A DNA stretch of 64,000 nt from Blastocatellia bacterium (lineage in GTDB: Bacteria > Acidobacteriota > Blastocatellia > RBC074), in contig JAEUQN010000008.1 of the NCBI GenBank assembly GCA_016789725.1, positions 9,638 through 73,637 on the forward strand, given 5' to 3'. Below, piece after piece: positions 56,294 through 64,000 of the stretch. The translations under genes and the position numbers were made by a program. The notes under the pieces are model-generated. The model searched no databases. It was given only the letters and a program-made list of their open reading frames with translations, and was not told the origin of the DNA. Within the stretch, counting starts at the first letter, position 1; each line of letters starts with the position of its first letter.

Positions 56294-58333
56294 ATGGCAC
56301 ACAGTCCCATTAAATATGTCGAAAAAGGCCTATCGAAATTCGCGTCGTTTGCTTTCAATGCAATCCAATCCGTGAATCAATACAAGCCTGCTCCTGCGTT
56401 TACCCCCAAATGGTCCGAAAAGCCGATACTCAAATCGTGGCAGAAATCCAAGCCGACATTAGGTTGGCCTCGCACGACCGATTCGCTTTGCCCGGCCTGC
56501 GTCAAAGAAGCACGCAAACGCATCATCGAAGATGGCGAAGACCCATTCAAAGTCATCGAAGAGCGTCCCGGCGAGATCAAAGCGCAAATCATCAACCGCG
56601 ATAACGAAATCTGGATGGTCAAGGACTGCCCGATTCATGGTCACTACGAAGATATGATGGCCGTGGATGCGAAGTTCCTGGAGCACATCGAAGGAATGTA
56701 CCCCGGACGCGACATTGACGCACACAACGACGAACGCTTGCACAAACACGGATCGTCCACCATCAAACACGGGCGCGGTTCGGTGTTGACCGTAGACCTG
56801 ACGAACCGTTGCAACATGATGTGCGACCCCTGCTTTATGGACGCGAACCAAGTCGGATTCGTTCACGAATTAAGCTGGGAAGACATTCAGGAAATTATGG
56901 ACAATGCGGTTTCAATCAAGCCGCGTCGCCAAATGTCCATTCAGTTTTCCGGCGGCGAACCAACGTTATCCCCCTACTTCCTCGACGCGGTCAAATACGC
57001 GAAGAAAGTTGGCTACAACTCGGTGCAGGCCGCCACGAACGGTATCGAGTTCGCCAAGTCGAAAGAATTTTGCCGCAAAGCCGCCGAAGCCGGATTGCGC
57101 TATGTATACCTGCAATTCGACGGTATCGGCAATGCGGCGAACGGACACCGCCAAGTCGGCAACCTGTTCGACGTGAAGCTGAAGGCGATTGACAACCTGC
57201 ACGAAGCGGGCGTCGAAATCGTGCTTGTGACGACGCTTGTCAACACGGTGAACAACGAAGAAGTCGGCCCGGTGATCCGCTTCGCGCTCGACAACCCGAA
57301 GAAGATTTCCTTCATTTCGTTCCAGCCGGTTTCATTTACGGGCCGCGATGAAGACATTACGGATGATCGCCGCATGCGCCAACGCTATACGCTCTCGCAT
57401 ATGGCGCACGACGTGAAAAAGAATATCGGCGTGACCGAACCGCACCGCGATTGGTTCCCGATTTCGATTATGTCTACGTTTGCAGATTTCGCTGACCTCG
57501 TTCACGGCCCGCAAGCCGAATGGGGACAAATGAGCTGCGGTTGCCACCCGAATTGCGGCGTCGGCACGGCGTTGATGATCAATAAGGAAACGAAGGAAAT
57601 GGCTCCCGTTCCCGGCTTCATCAACATCCCGCAATTGCTCAAAGACATCACGAAAATCACGGACGCCGGACGCGGCAAGACGATGTCGAATCTGATGATC
57701 GCGCTCGCGTTGCTCAAGAATTACGATTCCTTCGGCGCGCCCAAGTCGTTCAAGCTCACTGATCTGTTGAAGAAGTTCGACAAGACGTTTGGATTGTCGG
57801 GCAAAGACTACGGCAAAGTCGGCGACACGCGCACGAAGGAAGACATCGAGAAGCGTCGCCAAGACCCCTGGAACTTCCTGTTTGTTGCAGGTATGTGGTT
57901 CCAGGATTTATTTAATTACGACTTCCGCCGCACCGAAATGTGCATCATTCCCTACGGCACGCAGGAAGGCGAAATCAGCTTTTGTGCTTATAACACGGGC
58001 ATCGGCTGGCGCAATATTATCGAAAACATGCACCAGAACGCGACCGTGGCGAAGTGGTACAAAGAGCATGGCCGTCACGAGATTTTCGCCAACAACCATA
58101 GCGTGAAACTTGATGACGCTGCACATCGCTTGACCGTCAATGCTGCGGATGCCGCACGGGGCCGCGAAAAAGGTGTGCTACCGCAAACCGCCAAAGAAGA
58201 GCAACAGATGATGCGCAAGTTGTATATGCAATCGGTGCTGAAAGGCGATGCGCCGAAGCTGGTGCAACTTGGCGGGGTGAAAGACAAGAAAGAAGAAGGA
58301 AATGGCGCTGTGACAACCGCCGCCGCGAGCTAG
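56294..58333 (+). CDS. radical SAM enzyme, Tes/GDGT-MAS-like (candidate membrane-spanning lipid synthase)
   Basis: 679 aa. The radical SAM motif is CNMMCDPC (CX3CX2C). The N-terminal Cys/His pairs are CPAC...CPIHG, rubredoxin-like. Additional Cys clusters are CGCHPNCG and a later C..P...(n)..FCAYN. The family call rests on memory of Tes architecture, not on a search. Confidence 0.5.
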   Translation: MAHSPIKYVEKGLSKFASFAFNAIQSVNQYKPAPAFTPKWSEKPILKSWQKSKPTLGWPRTTDSLCPACVKEARKRIIEDGEDPFKVIEERPGEIKAQIINRDNEIWMVKDCPIHGHYEDMMAVDAKFLEHIEGMYPGRDIDAHNDERLHKHGSSTIKHGRGSVLTVDLTNRCNMMCDPCFMDANQVGFVHELSWEDIQEIMDNAVSIKPRRQMSIQFSGGEPTLSPYFLDAVKYAKKVGYNSVQAATNGIEFAKSKEFCRKAAEAGLRYVYLQFDGIGNAANGHRQVGNLFDVKLKAIDNLHEAGVEIVLVTTLVNTVNNEEVGPVIRFALDNPKKISFISFQPVSFTGRDEDITDDRRMRQRYTLSHMAHDVKKNIGVTEPHRDWFPISIMSTFADFADLVHGPQAEWGQMSCGCHPNCGVGTALMINKETKEMAPVPGFINIPQLLKDITKITDAGRGKTMSNLMIALALLKNYDSFGAPKSFKLTDLLKKFDKTFGLSGKDYGKVGDTRTKEDIEKRRQDPWNFLFVAGMWFQDLFNYDFRRTEMCIIPYGTQEGEISFCAYNTGIGWRNIIENMHQNATVAKWYKEHGRHEIFANNHSVKLDDAAHRLTVNAADAARGREKGVLPQTAKEEQQMMRKLYMQSVLKGDAPKLVQLGGVKDKKEEGNGAVTTAAAS

Positions 58334-58366
58334 GCGTCACAGGTTTCTTACAATCCACTCTTTTCA

Positions 58367-58408
58367 AACGGCTGTCAGGAATGCAACACTGGCAGCCGTT
58401 ATTCTTTG
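58367..58408 (+). terminator. likely intrinsic terminator after the radical SAM gene
   Basis: AACGGCTGTCAG, a 10-nt loop, then CTGGCAGCCGTT, followed by ATTCTTTGTG. The stem is 12 bp with one G-T pair. Confidence 0.55.
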
Positions 58409-58534
58409 TGGACTGATTGGAAGTTTTAAGGCAGATTTAAGATGTCGTTAACAACGAATTGATTGCTTGCCGTTAAGTTCTTAGCTTCTTGATTGTTGAT
58501 GACACTACACCCAAAATTCTTCTGACAAATTGCT

Positions 58535-59248
58535 ATGAAACCGCACGTTCTCATCATTGAAGACGACCCTGACATTGCCGAAAGCATTCGCTACAACGTC
58601 GAGCGCGAAGGCCATTACACCGCACAGGTATCACTTTCCGGCGAAGATGGCTGGAACGTTTTGCGCAGCAATGACCCGCGCAATTTAGAGCCTGCCATTG
58701 TCATTCTGGATTTGCATTTGCCGGGCATCAATGGCTTTGAGCTATGTCGCCGCATTCGCAAAGAAGAACGGCTCAAGAAGCTGCCAATCATTATGCTGAC
58801 AGCGATGGCGGACGAAAACGATAAGGTGCGTGGCCTGGAATCCGGTGCAGACGATTACATCACAAAGCCATTCAGCGTGCGCGAATTGATTGCGCGAATG
58901 CGCGCGGCATTGCGTCGCGCGGGCTTTGAGGAAGAGGAAAAAGCCTTTTACGACGACGGGCAATTGCGGATTGACTATGCGGGCTTCACCGTCACGTGCG
59001 AAGGCAAGGATGTGAAACTGACGCGTAAGGAATTTGCGTTGCTTGCCATTCTCTCGCGTAATCAAGGCCGCGTCGTGCCGCGCGAACGATTGTTGGATCA
59101 CGTCTGGGGCCTGGAATATTACGGCGAAGCGCGCACGCTCGACGTTCACATGAGCGGGTTGCGGCGCAAACTCGGTGAGTGCGGCGATTGCATCGAAACC
59201 GTCATCGGCATTGGCTATCGTTTCAAAGCCAGAGAAGTCGAAAAGTAA
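58535..59248 (+). CDS. OmpR/PhoB-family response regulator (REC + winged helix); no adjacent histidine kinase
   Basis: HVLIIEDDPDI, VILDLHLPGINGFELC, and LTAMADE...G.ESGADDYITKPFS. The C-terminus is LTRKEFALLAIL......V..RE.LL..VWG......RTLDVH...LR.KL....IETV.G.GYRF. Confidence 0.9.
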   Translation: MKPHVLIIEDDPDIAESIRYNVEREGHYTAQVSLSGEDGWNVLRSNDPRNLEPAIVILDLHLPGINGFELCRRIRKEERLKKLPIIMLTAMADENDKVRGLESGADDYITKPFSVRELIARMRAALRRAGFEEEEKAFYDDGQLRIDYAGFTVTCEGKDVKLTRKEFALLAILSRNQGRVVPRERLLDHVWGLEYYGEARTLDVHMSGLRRKLGECGDCIETVIGIGYRFKAREVEK

Positions 59249-59262
59249 CGACAACGAATATT

Positions 59263-59410
59263 TCTCCACGAAGCCACACGAAGGGACACGAAGAATTTTT
59301 CAGGCAGGATTTACAAGATTGACAAGATGGATTGAGAAGAAAAGTAAATCTTGAAAATCATGTAAATCCTGTCGAATTTCTTCGTGCTTCTTCGTGTGGC
59401 TTCGTGGAGA
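59263..59410. repeat. long-range nested inverted repeat IR6 between convergent genes
   Basis: The outer arms are about 36 nt: TCTCCACGAAGCCACACGAAGGGACACGAAGAATTT (59263-59298) and AATTTCTTCGTGCTTCTTCGTGTGGCTTCGTGGAGA (59375-59410), with about 4 mismatches. The inner pair is CAGGATTTACA / TGTAAATCCTG. The arms are built from CACGAAG words. Confidence 0.8.
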
Positions 59411-59420
59411 AGAAAACAAC

Positions 59421-60639
59421 TCACAACCATTTCTTCAGCCACGCATGCACTTCGCTGTAAAAGAAGCGGCTGTCTTCGCCCTTCAAAATCCAGTGATTTG
59501 CGTCGGGAAAGACGATCAATTTGCTCGGCACTTTCTGTCGTTGCAGCACGCTCCAGTTTTCGAGCGATTGATTCAGCGGCACGCGGAAATCGTTTTCGCC
59601 AATCGTCACGAGCATCGGCGTTTTGAAGTTCGCGGCATAGCGAATCGGATTCTGTTTGCGCCAGACTTCGCCCTGTTCCCAGACGGGGCCGCCGTTGTTA
59701 ACTTCGCGGTGATAGATGCCGTCGCTCGTACCCCATTGTGATTCCAGGTTGATGAGTCCCGCGTGCGAGATCAGGCATTTGTAGCGCGTTGTCGTCGCCT
59801 GCAACCAATTCGCCAAATGCCCGCCGTAGCTTGCGCCGCCCGCTGCTTGTCGCGTGCCGTCAATAAACTTGAATCGTTTGATCGCTTCGTCCGCCGCTTC
59901 GTTGATTTCTTCGCTAGGGCCGAGCAGTGGATCGCCCTGAATATCCTGCGCAAACTTTTCGCCAAAGCCCGTCGAACCGGTGTAATTCGTCAGCAGCACG
60001 ACATAGCCCGGAGACGCGAGCAAGTGATAATTCCAGCGCAGAAAAAACTGATCGCGCCACATCGCATGCGGCCCGCCGTGAATCACGACAAACAGCGGAT
60101 ACTTTTTGTTCTCGTCAAAGTTCGGCGGCGATTTTCTTGTTGTCTTCGTCATTCAGCGCGCCGGGAAACACGGTTGAAGTGAACAAAAGCTTTTTGCCAT
60201 CAGGAGAAAACTGCGGCGCACGCGCTCCGGTCGAGAGCATTGTGACGCGCACCGCTTCGCCACCTTCGGCAATATTCAGGATATAGATTTGATTGACGTC
60301 ATCGCCATCCCGCCGCGCTGAAAAAGCGATGCTTTTGCCGTCGGGCAGCCACGTTGCACCGCTCTCTGCGCCTTTTGTGTTTGTGATCTTGCGCGGGGCT
60401 GATTTGCCATCCGCCGCTACGATCCACAAATCCGTCACAACCTCTTTTTCATCGTACGCAGGCTCGACGACCGAGAACACTACCCACTTGCCATCGGGCG
60501 ACGGAATCGGCGCGCTAACACGTTTCATCAACCAAACGTCTTCATGCGTGATCGCATGTTTGGTTTGGGCCGCAACGAACAGCGCGCAGACCAAAATTGC
60601 CAACAGCGATATCAACCAATTGCGGCGAGTCGTACTCAT
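59421..60639 (-). pseudogene. S9 (prolyl oligopeptidase / acylaminoacyl-peptidase family) peptidase split into two overlapping frames
   Basis: ORF 60115-60639 has a signal peptide and about 2 propeller blades (SPDGKWVVFS, WLPDGKSIAFS, FSPDGKKLLFTS). ORF 59421-60152 has the alpha/beta-hydrolase domain (KKYPLFVVIHGGP, GGASYGG, GENDFRVP, PDANHW). The frames overlap by 38 nt. The combined ~410 aa is much shorter than the typical 600-700 aa. Confidence 0.55.
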
Positions 60640-60691
60640 AAGCTTGTCTCCTGAAGTTGAATGGAAAATTGCGGAGGGAATCTATCATGCT

Positions 60692-60783
60692 TTTAGCCGC
60701 GAATTCACGCGGATGACCGCGAATTCGTCAAGCACGATTCCGGTTTTCTAATTCGTGCTAATTCGTGTAAATTCGCGGCTAAA
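60692..60783. repeat. long-range inverted repeat IR7 in a divergent intergenic region
   Basis: Arms read as perfect 14-bp matches: TTTAGCCGCGAATT (60692-60705) and AATTCGCGGCTAAA (60770-60783). The interior is packed with AATTCG(T/C)G words (GAATTCACG, CGCGAATTCGTC, TAATTCGTGCTAATTCGTGTAAATTCGCGG). Confidence 0.75.
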
Positions 60784-60793
60784 GATCGAAGCT

Positions 60794-62221
60794 ATGCAAC
60801 ATCGTATTCGATTCCAACTTATTATTTTGCTATTGCTGAGCAGCGTAGCGTCGGCGCAAAGCCCGCTGCAAAAACTCCGCGATCAACTCGTGGCGACGAA
60901 TGGTTTGCGGGATCACGATGTTGTCGCTGTCCTCAGTCAACGTGCGCTGAATGACACGGCGGCGCGGATGGCGGGCCTGGAAATCACGCTCAGCAACGGC
61001 GTGGCGATGAAAATCAATTCAGTCGCATTAGAGCTGAAACCCGCTGTGGGCTTAGTAAACTTGAGCGTCGAAGTAAATCCTTCGAGCAAATTCAAGGCTG
61101 CCAAGTTTCGTTTGTCAGGCACGTTGGGCAGCGGCGAAATCCGGGGCGCGAATTTACGCTTGCCGTTTCAATTGACGAATGTTGCATTTGGCTCCGAAGA
61201 CACCAAAAGCCTGTCATTATTGAAGATTCTGCTGCGCGATTGGCTTGTGCCAACAAAATGGAACGAGGTGTTGCCGCCGCTTGAAGTCCCGTTGCAATTA
61301 AATCCGACCGTTGACATTCCCGCCGCGACGTTTGAATCGAATGGCGATCTGCCGATGACGATTGCCACGCCTGTCTATCAGCTCAAAATAGATTTTACAT
61401 TGGCCGCGTTAGCGATTTTAGACGGGCGAGCGGTAATTGCTTTGAACTTGCAACCGAAGTCCGTGCCATCGCAACCATCTTCAGGCAGCAACGAAGACGA
61501 AGCGACTTTGACCAATGAAATCGGGCGTCTGACGCAGCACCTCGCGCTCAATCATGATGTGCGCCTGCGTGTGCGCAAGAATGCCATCAACGATTTGCTT
61601 GCCAAACTTGCCGCCGCACGGGAGCTTGATTTAACGGTGAAACTGAAACAAGGCCGCGTGCGTGCTGAAGAAGTGGATGCGCTGATCGGCAAAATTTTCA
61701 ACTACACTGATGTCGAATCCGGTGATGGCAAAGCCGATGTCGCGCGCCTGGTGGTCGAAGACATTTCCGAAACGCGCGTGTCGGTGCGATTGACTGGACA
61801 GGGCGAATTAAGTACCAACGTGAAAGGCCGCGAATATGGCGTTCCGTACAGCTTGTCGCCGCGCGGGTACTTCACGATCAACAATGAATTACTGCCGCTC
61901 CAAATCCTGAGTCGCAATGATCGCATTGTTGTGCGCGCCGTTGGTGGCGCAATTGTGCCTGTTCGTGTGACGATGACAATTGATGTCATTGGGCGTCCGA
62001 TTGGCCTGACGCGCACGGTTAATTTGCGCGCTGATGAATGGCTGAAAGATTTTGAGCTACCCACGATTGTCTCGCAGGAATTCCAATTGCCGCGTCAACT
62101 GGCGCTTGGCAAAAACAACGAACTGACCGTTGTTCGCAGCGAAATCAGCCGCTACACAATTGTCAACTTGCGCGTCGAGACCAAAGACGATGCCTTGGAG
62201 ATTTTGGCGGACATCGGTTAG
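60794..62221 (+). CDS. secreted protein of unknown function
   Basis: ATG 60794 gives signal peptide MQHRIRFQLIILLLLSSVASAQ. The frame is 475 aa. No family was recognised. Confidence 0.6.
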   Translation: MQHRIRFQLIILLLLSSVASAQSPLQKLRDQLVATNGLRDHDVVAVLSQRALNDTAARMAGLEITLSNGVAMKINSVALELKPAVGLVNLSVEVNPSSKFKAAKFRLSGTLGSGEIRGANLRLPFQLTNVAFGSEDTKSLSLLKILLRDWLVPTKWNEVLPPLEVPLQLNPTVDIPAATFESNGDLPMTIATPVYQLKIDFTLAALAILDGRAVIALNLQPKSVPSQPSSGSNEDEATLTNEIGRLTQHLALNHDVRLRVRKNAINDLLAKLAAARELDLTVKLKQGRVRAEEVDALIGKIFNYTDVESGDGKADVARLVVEDISETRVSVRLTGQGELSTNVKGREYGVPYSLSPRGYFTINNELLPLQILSRNDRIVVRAVGGAIVPVRVTMTIDVIGRPIGLTRTVNLRADEWLKDFELPTIVSQEFQLPRQLALGKNNELTVVRSEISRYTIVNLRVETKDDALEILADIG

Positions 62222-62375
62222 AAATCAAAAGGCAAATCTCAAACGGCAAACAGTCGCAATTGTCGGCAAAAGGTCGGCACTTTGCTTTTTCTTTGGGTCA
62301 TTACTTTCTGATAGAGCCGCGCCGCTTTCCGAATTAACTTTTGCCTTTTGAGATTTGCCTTTTGCCTTTTGATTT
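62222..62375. repeat. long-range inverted repeat IR8
   Basis: Left arm AAATCAAAAGGCAAATCTCAAACGGCAAA (62222-62250). Right arm TTGCCTTTTGAGATTTGCCTTTTGCCTTTTGATTT (62341-62375) carries one extra GGCAAAA-type unit. GGCAAA words recur through the spacer. Confidence 0.75.
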
Positions 62376-62386
62376 TACGGTTTTCT

Positions 62387-63295
62387 ATGCGTCTTTGGCT
62401 TTCAAAAAGCAGCGACGTTCCTCTCCGCGAGCAACTGGCATCGCAAATCATTCTCGGTATCACGAGTGCTGATTTGAAGCCGGGACAACGCTTGCCCAGC
62501 ACGCGCGAGCTTGCCCGCCGCTTTCGCATTCACGCGAACACTGTGATCGCAACGTATCGAGAATTAGAGGAACGCGGCTGGATCGAACTCCGACAGGGCA
62601 GCGGTGCCTACGTGCGTGAAAAGACAACGCACAACAATCGTTCCGAAGACGGCAAGCTCGCGCTGGATCAATTGACGATGACGTTTTTACAACAGGCGCG
62701 CGGTCACGGATTTGCGATTCAAGACATCAAAGCGAGCGTGCAATATTGGCTGAACTTACAACCGCCCGATCACATTCTGGTGATTGATCCTGATGCCGCA
62801 CTCTGCGAAATCTTGATGGCCGAAATTGCCGAAGCGACGGGCTGGTGTGTGAAGGGAACCGATGTCGAAGCTTGCCGAGATGCTGAAAAAATAGCAGGCG
62901 CGCAACCCGTCGCATTGTACAGTCGCGCGGATGCGGTGCGCGCCGCATTGCCTGCGAATAAGCATTGTCACCTGCTCCATTTGAATTCGGTGATGGCGGC
63001 CATGCAGGGTCGTGAGAAACCACCGCCTGAAGCGTTGATTGCGGTCGTTTCAGGTTGGGCTGACTTTCTGCGTTGGTCGCACGCGATGTTGATTGCCGTC
63101 GGGATCGAAGAAGCAGCGTTGAATCTACGCCTGACGAATGAACCAGGATGGCAGCGTGGCTTGCGTGCCAGTGCCTTTGTAATTGCCGATACACTCACCG
63201 CCAAACAGCTTCCGAACGATTTGGACACCCGCGTTTTTCGCCTGATTGCGGATTCGTCGTTGGCCGAGTTGCGTGAATTGATACCACGTCATTGA
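62387..63295 (+). CDS. GntR-family transcriptional regulator
   Basis: ATG 62387 gives the N-terminal wHTH PLREQLASQIILGITSADLKPGQRLPSTRELARRFRIHANTVIATYRELEERGWIELRQGSGAYV. The ~230-aa C-terminal ligand domain is of unrecognised type. Confidence 0.8.
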   Translation: MRLWLSKSSDVPLREQLASQIILGITSADLKPGQRLPSTRELARRFRIHANTVIATYRELEERGWIELRQGSGAYVREKTTHNNRSEDGKLALDQLTMTFLQQARGHGFAIQDIKASVQYWLNLQPPDHILVIDPDAALCEILMAEIAEATGWCVKGTDVEACRDAEKIAGAQPVALYSRADAVRAALPANKHCHLLHLNSVMAAMQGREKPPPEALIAVVSGWADFLRWSHAMLIAVGIEEAALNLRLTNEPGWQRGLRASAFVIADTLTAKQLPNDLDTRVFRLIADSSLAELRELIPRH

Positions 63296-63297
63296 CC

Positions 63298-63433
63298 CCT
63301 GGGAGCGCAAGCGTCTCGCTTGCCCCGCGCGTGCTTCGCCAGCAAATCCCTTCTTATTTAGCGGGTTTCCTCACAACGTATGTTTGCATCGCTGACGCTC
63401 GCAAACAGCAAGCGAGACGCTTGCGCTCCCAGG
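63298..63433. repeat. long-range inverted repeat IR9 with self-palindromic arms
   Basis: Arms read as perfect 26-bp matches: CCTGGGAGCGCAAGCGTCTCGCTTGC (63298-63323) and GCAAGCGAGACGCTTGCGCTCCCAGG (63408-63433). Each arm contains GCAAGCG-N3-CGCTTGC. It lies between convergent stops. Confidence 0.85.
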
Positions 63434-63449
63434 GCTGCGCGCTCCCGGG

Positions 63450-64000
63450 TTATTTCCAATTGCCAATCAAAATAAACGGTGCCCAGTAATAGGGATGCGC
63501 GTACGGCGCTTTCGGATCAATTTTGAAGAGCGGTTGATTCGTCGGCTTGCTCGCTTCGTGCGTGATTTCGCGCGCCGCCAACGTTGCGCCCGTCACTTGC
63601 AATTCGCCGCGCAACAGCTTGATTTGCGCTTGCCGCATCGCTTCGGCTTTCGTCGTGCTGGCTTTGGCTTCGCGCAATTTGTAAAACTCCTGCATCAGGT
63701 TTTTGGTCGAGCGATCTGCGACGGGCCACAGGCTGGCGATGACGGCTTTCGCGCCTTGTCGTTGTGCGAGTACGCCAAAGCCTTCGACCTCTTTGCCCGT
63801 CGCACCGCTGCCGCCCGTAGCCGTATTGCAGGCGGAGAGCGTCAACAACTCGACGCCGCTGAAGACATTCGGCAACGACTTGATTTGCGCCAAACTCAGG
63901 AATTGTCCATCGCCGAGCAACAACGCCGAATCCGTTTCGTTGCCCGGTTTGAATTGAAAATGCGAAGCGACATGCACAACCGGCGGACGTTGTCGCAAGC
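63450..64000 (-). CDS. CHAT-domain (caspase-like) protein, C-terminal part; the gene continues beyond the window
   Basis: VHVASHFQFKPGNETDSALLLGDGQFLSLAQIK......GVELLTLSACNTA, ...GAKAVIASLWPVADRST..LM..FY and HPYYWAPFILIGNW are typical of CHAT C-termini. Confidence 0.75.
   Translation of the reverse strand, partial: LRQRPPVVHVASHFQFKPGNETDSALLLGDGQFLSLAQIKSLPNVFSGVELLTLSACNTATGGSGATGKEVEGFGVLAQRQGAKAVIASLWPVADRSTKNLMQEFYKLREAKASTTKAEAMRQAQIKLLRGELQVTGATLAAREITHEASKPTNQPLFKIDPKAPYAHPYYWAPFILIGNWK

Noticed and set aside
60115-60152. A programmed ribosomal frameshift joining the two S9 peptidase ORFs.
   Set aside because: There is no slippery heptamer or downstream structure in the 38-nt overlap. 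Even a fused product would lack most of the propeller, so a deletion plus frameshift is favoured.

Overview
The window is a 64-kb chromosomal segment that looks like Acidobacteriota. The supporting families are a TIGR03436-type VWFA protein, a TIGR03437-type C-terminal domain, a CarboxypepD_reg-TonB receptor, a PEP-CTERM protein and many BNR/Asp-box propellers. GC content was judged by eye to be about 50-55%. Most of the window is ordinary housekeeping and envelope coding sequence, read by eye: aminotransferase, murB, two GT9 heptosyltransferases, an M50 protease, uxaC, a SpoIID-like protein, inositol-3-phosphate synthase, leuS, an M61 peptidase, lptE-like, holA, a Kv-type K+ channel, and GntR and OmpR regulators. 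No rRNA, tRNA, CRISPR array, transposase or integrase was recognised. The stand-out locus is 16.5-28.7 kb. An ECF sigma gene overlaps a 1027-aa gene encoding Ser/Thr kinase, double zinc ribbon, class III cyclase and a P-loop STAND (AAA_16) core. That gene stops exactly where the winged-helix and TPR half of such proteins normally begins. After a long inverted repeat and an NmrA-like gene, five tightly packed tandem paralogs (488-500 aa) each encode precisely that missing half. This suggests a split NTPase with five alternative sensor subunits supplied in trans. Other items worth a second look:
- at least nine intergenic long-range inverted repeats built from short repeated words
- a Tes/GDGT-MAS-like radical SAM gene
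- a conserved palindrome and a shared leader motif upstream of outer-membrane and secreted-protein genes
- three small bitopic paralogs
- a disrupted S9 peptidase
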